A stretch of DNA of 64,000 nt from assembly GCA_964234715.1 (NCBI GenBank), contig OZ174282.1; one strand, given 5' to 3'. Shown here one piece after another: positions 41,801 to 51,731 of the stretch. Source of the stretch: Podarcis melisellensis (Eukaryota). The notes under the pieces were generated by a model that made no database searches, was not told where the DNA came from, and saw nothing but the letters and a program-made list of their open reading frames with translations. Both the position numbers and the translations under genes were made by a program. The number at the start of each line of letters is the position of its first letter. Positions within the stretch are counted from its first letter, which is position 1.

Positions 41801-44800
41801 GGAGGAGGAGGAGGAGGAGGTTCCATTTCAACCTGCCTTCCTTCAAAAAGCTCAGGACAGGCTAACTAATCTTCCCTATTAATCATCATGTCAACCCTGT
41901 GAGGTAGACCCGGCTGCTCAAGAGGTCACACAGGGAATTTCCTAGCTGAGATTTGGACCCAGGTAATCTTGATACAAGTATTGGCATGCTACCTGCTAGA
42001 TGGGAGTGGCTCAAATAAACACACAATCTAACCTAATAGCCAACTTCACTTCTCTTTGTTTAGCTAACCTCTTTCTCAGCACTGAGATTGTATGAAAAAG
42101 CCAGAGAAAGAAGACTCTTCTCAATACTTACTTCTACACTGTTGATGAGCTCTTCCCACTAGGAAGGAAAGAGACACTGGTTATTCAAAGAGGCTACCTT
42201 CTCCCAGGAAAATCCAGCCAGTTCCCTGCCCAGTGCTTGCATCTGCTTCCCACTTGATGCCCTTCCCCCTGACAACCCCAGATTGCTTTGAGCTACCCAG
42301 ACAGGTCCACAGTCATCCAGGCCTATCTCAGCCCAACTCAAGCAACTCCCAGTTCCTCTTGAATTGATTCAGGACTCAGCTGCGCCTGGTGCACAGACCT
42401 AAACATCCGTTTGAGACCCGGCACAAGGAGAATTCGCAAATTCATGTAAATAAAGGTTATTTACCCATGCATCAACACTCTGTCCACCGTCATCCTAGAA
42501 AAATAAAATTCAAAATGTCATCTGGTCTTGTTTGTTTCTGCATCAGAAATGAAACTGCTTAGGTGCCCTGAACCTTAAACACAGTCTTATTCTTGGAAAC
42601 AATCCCTATGCATATTAAACATGCTTGTTGGTTTCAGGTAGATCTATTTAGGAGTTGTAGCTGACATGGAATCCCTCAAGCAATATTTCACCACCCCTAG
42701 GTTTCAGGTTTGGGGCCTGAAGTCTCAGGGTCTGGGATATTCTGGCCTGGCAACCCAGTGGATCACTGAAGAAGAAGAAGAGTTTGGATTTGATATCCCG
42801 CCTTTCACTCCCTTTAAGGAGACTCAAAGCGGCTAACATTCTCCTTTCCCTTCCTCCCCCACAACAAACACTCTGTGTGGTGAGTGGGGATGAGAGACTT
42901 CAAAGAAGTGTGACTGGCCCAAGGTCACCCAGCAGCTGCATGTGGAGGAGCGGAGACGTGAACCCGGTTCCCCAGATTACGAGACTACCGCTCTTAACCA
43001 CTACACCACACTGATTGGTGAGCCTATATAACTGACCCTTGCCCAAAGCTTTGGGCTGGGGTCCTAGGCAGCACTTGTTTGGACAGAAGGATGACATGGA
43101 AATTGGTAGGACTAGGGTCAGACGGCTCACAAGGTTTCTATGAAAAGATAGGGAAGACAGAAAAAGACTTCTCATACTCACTGAGCCAGGGTAGCCATTT
43201 TGGGGGGGAGGAGGAGGAGGGTAAGGACGAGCCCCTGGACTGCCAGAGTAGCCAGAGCCCTGCTACAGAAAGAAAGAAAGAATTGTTGATTTTGTTTCCA
43301 CAAACTTCTTTTTAGAAAACAAATGGCACCTCCTCTTCCCAGCTTTTAAAATATTAGTGATGGGGTGTTTGTGTATATACACACACACACACATATGTAT
43401 AAAACGTGTTTGGATGCATGAGAGAAACGCATCTTCCTCCCTCTTATTGTAATTTATACTCTTTCCCTTTTCGAATTAAAAAGAAGCCTGTTCACAGAAA
43501 CCCAAGTTGTTGCAGGTGTCCCATGACACTCAATCATTGGTGGACAGGTGTGCTTCCACCTGTGCCAAGGATAGGGAAGCTGTGGTCCTCCCAATTTTGT
43601 TGGCCTCTCACTTCTGGCAGCCCCATTCAGGATGCCCAATGGCCAGGGATGATGGGGCTTACAGTGGGCAACACTTGGGTGACTGCAGATTCTCCAAAGA
43701 GATTGGTTTATTACCAAACCATTACAGCAAAGAGGGCCCAGTGGGGATGGGGAACCTGTGACCTCGGGGTGTTGTTTGACTCCAACTCCCATCAGCCCAA
43801 GCCAGCATGCAGAAGTGGCTTGTGAGTGGTGGGGTGAAGGCAGTGGCAGTACTGTGCTTGTTGGGTGAGGCGAGACGAGGCAAGGCAGCACGGCTGGGAG
43901 ACGCCTGGCTTTGCTGTTGACCATGGCCAACCCAAACGTCCCCTGACGTTGCCAACACATTTCCCTTGCCCATCCCTGTTCCAACAAGCCCAGCTTTTGA
44001 GTTAATCTGGTCAGGAAAAGCAGGGTATAAATGTTTTGGATGGTAAATAAATAACCCAGTCCCTATTCCCATTAGGGAGGATTTGTAGTTCAGGATAGGC
44101 AAATCTGTCAATATCAGCTTGTCATTTTTTGAAACTTCGGTTCTGAACATTTGCAATTTTCGAAAAAGTCCTCGTGGAAATGAATCAGTATTTTAGTGCT
44201 CCGAATATTCACGTTTGCGTACAATTTTGCTTATCAGAATGTATTTTGTGTCGTGTTTTCACTAATCTATGCGTTTCTAAGGAGGCATCAGCTCAGCCCA
44301 GAGCACACCGATTCCCACTGCACAAATTTCATTCCTGCACAAGGAATATATTCTCAAGCAGATTCTTCTGGACTTGGGGGGGAAAGGGGAAATTGTTAAT
44401 GTCAGTCAGAAAGCTCCACCTTCCAAGAAAATCGAGCAAGAGCTCGTGAGTGTATCCACCCAGCTGAAATAAGTTAAAATGGGGATATTACACAAGGAGG
44501 CCAAAGAAGTGGTCATACTCACGGGGCCAGGGGAGCCAACGTACAAGCCCACCTGCTACGAAAATTAAAAGATAAATTCACTGATCCTGCTTTCTCCCAC
44601 AGCAATCAGAACTGAATATATGGGCACGCCTTCCCTAAGGTTTGCAAGCTGCCTAGAGGTTTTACGACAATCAAAAGAGTCCTATAAACATTGTGAAATA
44701 AAAATAAATAAATATGGTGGGGTGAGGAACTTATCACCACAGAGGGCCAAATATTCCCATGGGGGGGCGGGTTTCAGGGTCCACAGGTCAAACCCTGGAC

Positions 44801-44979
44801 TGGTGTCCTGGGTTTAGTTTCGGGCTAGATGACAAACAATAGGGTGAAGTTGAATCCTGAGAAGATGGAGGCCTTGTAGGCTTGTACTCCCTTGGAAGAA
44901 CAGTCTTGTGGGCTTAGAGTAAACCTGGATCCAATACTGTTACTGGAGACCTCAGTGGCAGCTCCTCACCTTGGAATGC

Positions 44980-45028
<49 letters not shown>

Positions 45029-48000
45029 TAAATTTGTATGCCACCCTATGCTTGCAAGTCTCAGGGCGGTTCTCAACATAAAATCACAATATAAAAACAC
45101 AAAACACATAATCAAAATAAAAAGAAGAACAACCCAATAATCTCCCCTCCCTGACACATTTTAAAAGGAAGGCTCCCCTGGCACCGTTATTAATATCACA
45201 CAGGTGACATTTGAGAACTGATAGCAAAGAGAGGGAAGACCACCTCGCAAGTCTGCTGCAGCTGCACTTCCTGACCACCCTGAACCATGAACTACTAAAC
45301 TGGGCCACATAATCTGATGGCCCATATGAAAGAACTTAGAAGAGTTTCTCATACTTACTGGGGGAGGTTGAGGCTGCCAAGGTTGGGCTTGGACACCAAG
45401 ATAGGCCTGAAAAAGACCAAGATACGTAAGCAAGTTGCTCAGTCCTGTCTCTTGCCCACCAGACATCACCACTACAGAAGCACAATGGAAACCAAGCAGA
45501 ACCACAGCAAGTATTGACGAGCCAAGTCCAGGTCCTTAAAAAACTGGGGCCAGCCACTGTCAGCACTGGCACATCCATACAATGACAGGGAGCCGCAAAC
45601 AGCTATAATTCAGCATGAAGTGTGCTCTGGAGCCAGGGTTGGCCCAAGACATTTCGCCACCTGAGCCAAACCACAAGATGGCAACCCTTTGGGCCACCGC
45701 CATAATTCTGGAAAAGATGAAGACGCACAGTTCTGGCCTGACACACATCTCCATAAACTGCTCCTGAATACCAGTTGCTGGAAACTATGGGAGGGAAGAG
45801 GGCTCTTGAGCTCAGATCCTGCTTGTAGGTTTCCCACAGGCATCTGGTGAGAACAGGATGCTGGAGTAGAGGGGCAGGCTCTTCCCAGGGTCTTCTTGTT
45901 AGGGACCTTGGAGAGGAATTGGTGCTCTTCTAGACAGATAGACTCTGCGCCTAGGGAGTGTGGTGTTAGTCCTTTAAGAGGTTTATTATATTTCAAATGG
46001 AAGCCTGCCGTGCAGTTTATGCAGGAGGCTGTTGCTCAGCTAGAGGCAGACTGCATGTGTGAGTTATGCGTGAGGCAGCTAGCACAGAACAGGGCCGTGT
46101 TTAGATAAACATTATAACCACCCTTTGGTTGTTAAATAAATGAAACAACACTATACGGAGGAAATGTGACATCTGTCTACTGGTGCATCTGAGATAACAT
46201 CATGGGCAGAACTTTGGTAACTGTAACTTGAAGAACTTGTGCTTGAGCTTGCTTTTCCCTCATCCCTCCCCAGTCCTCTTTCCTCATGTGCCATGGCTTT
46301 TTATTTTTTATTTTTTTATATATATAAATGTTATTGGTTTTTTAACATATCATTTTCAACAGTAATTAAACATACTTTTACATCTTATTCAATTTTTTTT
46401 GACTTCCATCAGTCCTGTCTGAAAATTTTCCAATCTAATCTCTTAGTATGCATTTCTTACTTTCCCTGTTACATTTCAAACTCATAACCAATATCTCTAT
46501 CTTTTTCTACTTTGTAACACTTCATATATTTCTCCTTACAAAACTTCTTGTAGTCCTACTAGCGTAATTTGTTGATTACAGTTGCTCTTCAAATAATTCA
46601 TCTACTTCTTCCCATCTTCTGTAAATCTCTGGTCTTTTTAGATTGTCTTTAGATTGCCATGTCTTTTTAGATTGTGAGTCTGGGGGCAAGGATTGCCTTT
46701 GAAGGAGATTTCTGCACGTCACTCTTTTTGACTTAAAGCTGGGGGTATCAGTGCCTTGGATACATTGTAAATTCACCAAATAAGCAGGGAAACCTGGAGC
46801 ACCTGTGTGGGTTTCGTTTTGGCCATGCCCACCACTGGCATGCGGTCCTCAGAGGGCTGATGAACAGGGAATGTGGCCCTCACACGCAAAAAGGTCTGTG
46901 AACTCTGTTTTAAGCATCCTTACATAGTTCCGCTCCATTTAAAATGAGTTTCCAAGCTTAATTCAAAGTGCTACTCTTATCCTTAAAAGTGCTAACCCAA
47001 ATACCTGCTTGCCTGCCTTCTCTTGTATCAACTGAGATTGTCACCTTAGGCGTTTCTCCGGACAACCCCTCCATCTGAAGTGTGGTGGGTGGAGACCAGA
47101 GAGAGAACCTTTTTGATGGTGACTCCCTGCCTTCTCCAGGGAAGCCCTCCTGGTGCCTTCATTACCATTATTACCAAAAACTCTGAAGAACTAAGAGAGC
47201 GAAGAGAGGGATACAAGTGAAGGCTGCCTCAGAGTCCGCTCCAGCTGATTTCTCAATGCTCAGTTTCTGAGCCATGTACTACTAAGTGATATCTAAACCA
47301 AGCCGCATAGTCTAACACCCCATATCAAAGAACCTAGAATCTTCCAAAGCATAGTTTCTCATACTTACTGGGGGAGGTTGAGGCTGCCAAGGTTGGGCTT
47401 GGACACCGAGATAGGCCTGAAAAAGACCAAGATACGTAAGCAAGTTGTTCCGTTCTGTCTCTTGCCCACCAGACATCACCACTGCAGAAGCACAATGAAA
47501 CCAAGCAGAACCACAGCACGTATTGACAGGCCAAGTCCAGGTCCTTAAAAAACTGGGGCCAGCCACTGTCTGGCGCATCCATGCAATGACAGGGAGCCGC
47601 AAACAGCTATAATTGAGCATGAAGTGCGCTCTGGAGCCAGGGTCGGCCCAAGACATTTTGCCACCAGAGCCAAACCACAAAATGGCCCACCAGGGAAGAA
47701 GGGGTGGGTGAAGAGCGACATGACAAGCAAGGGAGAAATAAAGATCTACATCAGGAACAAGAGGGGAGTAAAGATTGGGAAGGAGGTGGGGAATCAAATC
47801 AGCCTTGGGAAAGGTCGTTCTCCAGGTTCCCCCTCCATCTGCAGTGTGGTGGCTGGAGGTCAGAGAGAAAACCTTTTCAGTAGCTATCAGAAGGTGTATA
47901 AACTGAGCGAAATTGTCTGATACCCTGAAGCGTCCAAGGTAGCGTTTCTCATACTTACCGAATTTTGGCCATCGTAAGGACCCTGAAAAAGATTGAGATG

Positions 48001-48083
48001 CATAGCTTATTTGTCACACTCACATCTTCACAATGAAATTACAGTGATGCCAAGCAGAACCACCAAGTGAAGACGAGAGAGAC

Positions 48084-48159
<76 letters not shown>

Positions 48160-50950
48160 TTTTCAGTGGTGGCTCCCTGTCTCAGAATGCCCTCCCTGTT
48201 CAAATATTATTCAAAAAATTTTTTTGCATAAACGTGCATCCTCAACATTACAAAATTAAGGCTGCATAAACGTACATCCCCAACACCACTCAAGAACTCT
48301 GGAAACTGTAATTTACCCTCCACAGAGCTACAATTCCCAGAACCCAGAACATACTTCAATTCCCAAGATTTGGGGGTTGTGTGAGCTTTAAATTTGCTTT
48401 ATATGCATGGTGTATAAGCAATCTAAGAGAACAGAATGAAGACAGAGACCACCTCAGACCTTGCTCCAGCTGCACCCTCTAATAAACACCCTCCCCTGAA
48501 TAAGGTACTACCAATTTATATATTGAGCTATGTAGCTTAATACCCCATAGCACAGTCACAATAACCCGAAGAAAACTTTCTCATACTTACTGGAGGAGGA
48601 GGCTGAGGCTGAGGTGGGGGAGGTACATTTGGGCCCGAATAAGTAACCTGTAAAAGATCAAGAGAGAAAGGTGGTTCAGTCCTTTTTGTTGCCCATCTCA
48701 CATCCTCACAACAAAACCCAAAATCAGTGTGGGTAAGCTTGCTGCTGAGATTTGCAGGAAATTCCATCCCTATCTATAGCCCTTGGCTGCCTCCACGTGG
48801 AAATTTATTTGCACATAAACTGATCGTTCCAGGAAAAGCCCTTTCCAGGAGGAAAATAAAAGCTTAGGCAGGTCCAGTGCTTTTGATAGGATCCTGTAAG
48901 CTGATAATCCCTGCCTGGGGTGTGAAGAGGTGGAATGCCTTCTTTTAAAATCAAAATATAAAATGAATTTTATTTTTCATGAAAACCCACAAGCGGGGCA
49001 TGAGTGCAACACTTCCAGCCCACTCTTCTCCCCAGCATGAGGATGCTTCACTCTGTGCATAGCTGAAGCATGGAATTTGCTAGCACAGAATGTAGTGCTG
49101 GTTAGAAGCTTGGATGGCTTTAAAAGGGGAGTTAGACAAATTCGTGGAGGGCCAAGGCTTCTGTGACTACTAGCCACAAGGGCTGTGTACTGCCTTCAGT
49201 TGTTGGGCATCACAAGTATGGAGAGTTGCTGTTGTACTCAATGCGCTGCTTTGGAGCTTCTCAAAGACATCTGATCTGCCACTGTGAGAACAGGATGCTG
49301 GAGTAGATGGGTCTTTGGCTGATCAAGTAAGACCCTGGAAGAAGATGGCTAATTCTAGCCCAGAACAGGACTGGTCCTGTTAAACAAGTGAGGGTGTTTT
49401 GTCGCAGATCCTACTCGCGTAGCATCCTTTTTGAGAGAAAGCATAACAAAAGCAGATGGACAAAATGTGTCGTACTTACGGAGGCACCAAAACCAGGATT
49501 CCACTGTGATAACAAAACAATTGAAACGATGCTGTTAGTTTCCATGAATTTAATTTGAAATAGACTCTGGGACATAAGCCATTCTTTGCAAGCAGGATTC
49601 ACAGTACGATCCTATTCATTCCTATTTGGAGTCAAAAGTAACTTCCATTGAGTTCAATGGGACTTACGCCCTGGTAAGTGCACATAGGAGTTCTGCCTTA
49701 GTTACTCTCTTATATCCGAGTACGAAAAGGTTTGTTGTGTTCGCTGGAAGCACTGTATGTGGACTCAAGCCCTGTCCGCAATCGGGAGACATTAACAAAC
49801 GGGAAAACAAGGTTTTAACCCAAAGCTCCCCACTTCTATCTGAAGAAGTGTGCATGCACACGAAAGCTCATACCAAGAACTAACTTAGTTGGTCTTTAAG
49901 GTGCTATTGGAAGGATTTTTTTTTTGTTTTGACTATGGCAGACCAACACGGCTACCTATCTGTAACTCCCCACTTCAGACAGTCACCTTCCATGTTGCAA
50001 GGAGTGGGGACGAAATTCAGCTCAGTTGTATTTAAAAGCAAACCATCCTAATCTGCCCTTTCCAAAACAATGCGCAAACTGAAATGCAGTCACCATTCCA
50101 AATTACCAGCCAGGGAATGTGTACAAACATGCATGCACAATACCAGGGTAAAGTGTGAGCATTAGTGAAAATAGCATACAGAATGTATTACATTAAGGTG
50201 TACTGCCTTGCAGAAATGTGTCTATTAGGGGAAATTGCATGCAAACATGTAAAATCTAGGAGGAATTCGTAACGAAATGCTGATGAATTTTCAGAATTAC
50301 ATCTTTCTTTAATGCAATCTACTTGGAGAACTGAGCTAAAGAGAAATGAGAAACTGGGATAAGCCAACTAACACAGCAATTGCGGGGGGGGGTGTGTGTG
50401 CAGAGTTAGCACACTGGCCCCCACTGCTTCTTCTTACAAGCAAAATGCCCTCTCAAAACTCTCTGGTTTTTATAAACAGTGCCTTGACTTCCATCACTGA
50501 AGGAAGGCACAGGTATCTACTAATTATTTTGGCAAACTGTTTGTTCGCTATGTATTTGGACACTTCTTAAGCTACCATAACTAAATCTTGCATGATGGTT
50601 CCTGAGATCAAGGAGCAGGTTTTCATCTATGTTTGCACCAGATGACATTTTGAATCAAGAGGGCAAACTGAACCTTTAAAAACTGTCCTGATTTTAACCA
50701 CTAGTTTCATTTTTTTATTTTTTTATAATTCCCGAGCAATGCTGGATAAAGGGCTTCTGGTCAATAAATAACATGACACTTTTGATTCACATTGGTTTAG
50801 GTCCCCCACTCCACCTCCCCCCACTAGCATCCAATTAAAAGCTGATGCTGCATTTCTCCTAGAAGTCCGTTTCCATCTCACCTGTGCATCCGTTTCTCTT
50901 GCACAAAGTGCAGAGATTAAAAGAACGGCGGCTACAACCGGGAGCTTCAT
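17873..50950 (-). CDS. Gene A: secreted Pro/Gln/Gly/Tyr-rich protein encoded by 42 coding exons, mostly phase-0 microexons (~468 aa if all are included)
   Basis: Exons read manually; each internal exon has a pyrimidine tract+AG, a GT donor and a length divisible by 3. In transcript order: 50882-50950 MKLPVVAAVLLISALCARETDAQ; 49480-49503 WNPGFGAS; 48591-48647 VTYSGPNVPPPPQPQPPPP; 47959-47982 GPYDGQNS; 47369-47416 and 45359-45406 AYLGVQAQPWQPQPPP; 44523-44555 QVGLYVGSPGP; 43182-43262 QGSGYSGSPGARPYPPPPPPQNGYPGS; 42465-42494 DDGGQSVDAW; 42132-42158 WEELINSVE; 40940-40963 NEFGGRRQ; 40440-40469 SSSKQSSPGL; 39322-39354 LAGIFGGSRKQ; 38315-38341 SSSNRNQGW; 36743-36760 LQDFTP; 33263-33283 TDDSPNW; 31340-31363 MKRLFEMP; 29950-29973 MELVERVK; 28913-28942 EAFSRKNSQN; 27023-27049 NNRYQWPFQ; 25943-25969 SNAGSYQQQ; 20 Pro-rich exons between 25165 and 19849; 17841-17881 AP-stop. 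No in-frame stop occurs before the last coding exon. Confidence 0.85.
19849..25165 (-). CDS. Gene A Pro-rich microexon array (20 exons, 30-51 nt)
   Basis: 25115-25165 PPQQPQQNPGAAVYLYA; 24990-25028 PAPPPPNQGNGQP; 24879-24911 GSRPYPGYGPP; 24583-24615 PPPPYGPYGPP; 24465-24494 PPPPSGNDQP; 23779-23811 SSVSFGIYGQP; 23658-23693 PPPPPNQGNGQP; 23541-23573 GPQPYPAYGQP; 23241-23273 PPPQYGGYGPP; 23123-23155 PPPPPSGNDQP; 21971-22003 SSVSVGIYGPQ; 21533-21565 DPQPYQGYGQP; 21248-21277 PSPAGENQQP; 21128-21160 PLLPYGGYGPP; 21010-21042 PPPPPSGNDQP; 20309-20341 TSVSPGINAPP; 20195-20224 and 20081-20110 PPPPPGGSQP; 19966-19995 PPPPPGGSPS; 19849-19881 PPPPPFESQEP. Donors are mostly GTGAGTAT/GTAAGTAT; acceptors TTTCAG/TTCCAG/TTTTAG-like. 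Confidence 0.87.
21596..21818. mobile_element. Tc1/mariner-pogo-type MITE
   Basis: TA-CAGTGGTACCTCTGGTTACGAA ... TTCGTAACCAGAGTACCAC inverted termini; right end damaged. Confidence 0.75.
22447..22670. mobile_element. Tc1/mariner-pogo-type MITE (diverged)
   Basis: TACAGAGGAACCTC...AAGGTTCCACTATA; absent from the paralogous intron copies at ~20560 and ~24255. Confidence 0.65.
26217..26458. mobile_element. Tc1/mariner-pogo-type MITE (same family as 33793 and 41413)
   Basis: Internal TAACCTGAAGC repeats; ends GAGGTACCACTG-TA. Confidence 0.75.
26808..26936 (+). mobile_element. Penelope-like retroelement terminal fragment
   Basis: CTGAAGAAGTGTGCATGCACACGAAAGCTCATACC...CAACACGGCTACC; a near-identical copy lies at 49838-49966. 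Family call from memory. Confidence 0.55.
27240..27920 (+). mobile_element. Degraded L2 LINE 3' region
   Basis: Frameshifted homology to the reverse complement of 62100-62700; ends in AATAAATAA. Confidence 0.6.
29815..29861. repeat. (CA)n microsatellite
   Basis: Direct observation. Confidence 0.95.
30509..31026 (+). mobile_element. Solo LTR in a gene A intron
   Basis: TGTG...CACA termini, 5-bp TSD TGGTT (30504-30508 and 31027-31031), internal CCAAT, TATAAAA (30601) and AATAAA (~30876). Confidence 0.8.
32812..33140 (+). mobile_element. Sauria SINE (5' truncated)
   Basis: Core CTCCTGCCAACCTAGCAGTTCGAAAGCA...GTAGATAAATAGGTAC and TTTACCT tail. Confidence 0.85.
33793..34034. mobile_element. Tc1/mariner-pogo-type MITE
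   Basis: TA-flanked; CAGTGATACCTCAGGTTA...TAACCCGAGGTACCAGTG. Confidence 0.8.
34162..34413. mobile_element. Tc1/mariner-pogo-type MITE
   Basis: TA TSD; TIRs CAGTGGTGCCTCGCAAGACGAA / TTCGTCTTGCGAGGTACCACTG. Confidence 0.85.
35352..35610. mobile_element. Tc1/mariner-type MITE
   Basis: TA TSD; TIRs CCGTATTTTTTGCTCTATAAGAC / GTCTTATAGAGCAAAAAATATGG. Confidence 0.8.
35671..35897. mobile_element. Tc1/mariner-pogo-type MITE
   Basis: TA-CAGCCGTACCTTG...CAAGGCACGACTG-TA; a related copy lies at ~53874-54101. Confidence 0.75.
37275..37513 (-). mobile_element. tRNA-derived MIR/CORE-like squamate SINE
   Basis: Close paralogue at 42768-43012; tRNA-like head (GTGGTTAAGAG...GGTTC) and (TTC)n tail on the minus strand. 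Confidence 0.7.
38996..39128 (+). mobile_element. tRNA-derived SINE with CR1-like tail
   Basis: A box TAGCTGAGCTGGTTAGAGC, B box GTTTGATCCC, then CTTCCAGCTCTACAATTCTATGATTCTA. Confidence 0.65.
41248..41820 (+). mobile_element. RTE-clade LINE 3' fragment interrupted by a MITE (41413-41649)
   Basis: Degenerate RTE C-terminal coding sequence (WETLACERSSWR..., then a Cys/His motif ending RIGLHSHLRTH), (GAA)n/(GGA)n tail; nested TA-flanked CAGTGGTACCTC...GAGGTACCACTG element. Confidence 0.7.
42768..43012 (-). mobile_element. tRNA-derived MIR/CORE-like squamate SINE
   Basis: Paralogue of 37275-37513. Confidence 0.7.
44981..45028. repeat. (TTA)n microsatellite at an L2-like tail
   Basis: Direct observation; the adjacent 45030-45165 resembles the reverse complement of 15530-15675. 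Confidence 0.85.
45343..47690. repeat. Direct duplication (~45343-45690 and ~47353-47690) carrying gene A exons 5 and 6
   Basis: Highly similar sequence at ~2010-bp offset; the two exons differ by one synonymous base (CTT/CTC). Confidence 0.9.
48080..48157. repeat. (GA)n microsatellite
   Basis: Direct observation. Confidence 0.95.
49838..49966 (+). mobile_element. Penelope-like retroelement terminal fragment
   Basis: Near-identical to 26808-26936. Confidence 0.55.
50882..50950 (-). CDS. Gene A exon 1: signal peptide MKLPVVAAVLLISALCARETDAQ
   Basis: Basic N-terminus, hydrophobic core and small-residue cleavage region; AAAATG start context; ends CAG|GTGAGA (phase 0). Confidence 0.88.
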
Positions 50951-51022
50951 TTTAGCCCGGGATCAGGCTTCCGTCCCGGGTGCGAAATCGTTCAAAGGTG
51001 TGAACTGTGGCTCGGAAGCTGT

Positions 51023-51030
51023 TATTTATT
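51023..51030 (-). promoter_or_regulatory. TATA-like box (AATAAATA) of gene A
   Basis: About 73 nt upstream of the ATG, the same spacing as the TATAAATA of gene B. Confidence 0.5.
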
Positions 51031-51345
51031 GACCCATCACCACAAGCCACACTGCCTAAACTTAAAGGGTCCATTGAGAGTGTCGCCAAATTACCTTATC
51101 TGGAAGGAAAGGTCAGAGGAACTGATTCATCACAGGGACACTCTTGCGGAAAGGACACCCTGCTTCCAGAGCCAACTGCTACGTGGACTCTTAAATGCCC
51201 CTGTAATGGAATATTAATCTCTCTTCAACAACCACATTTGGATCCCTTAATATTTTTACTTCATTATGTGGGACAGATACTTTTTGTTGGTTTTCAAGAC
51301 CATGTTTAATGCATTTTAACCACAGCATAGTTAATACCTGCAAAA

Positions 51346-51731
51346 GGGATGCAGGTGGCGTTGTGGTGTAAACCACGGAGCCTCTTGGGCTTGCCAATCA
51401 GAAGGTCGGTGGTTCAAATCCCTGAGAGGGGGTGAGCTGCCGCTGTTCTGTCCCAGCTCCTACCAATCTAGCAGTTCAAAAGCATGCCAGTGCAAATAGA
51501 TAAATAGGTACCACTGTGGCAGGAAGGAAAACAGTGTTTCCATGCACTCTGGTTTCTGTCACGGTGTTCCATTGCACCAGAAGTGGCTTAGTCATGTTGG
51601 CCACGTGACCCAGAAAGCTGTCTGTGGACAAACGCTGGCTCCCTTGGCCTGAAGCGAGGTGGGCGCTGCACCCCATAGTCGCCTTTGACTGGATTTAACC
51701 ATGCAGGGGTCATTTACTTTTACCTTACCTA
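51346..51731 (+). mobile_element. Sauria SINE (near full length)
   Basis: tRNA-like head GGTGGCGTTGTGGTGTAAACC...GGTTCAAATCC, core and TTTACCTTACCT tail. Confidence 0.85.
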
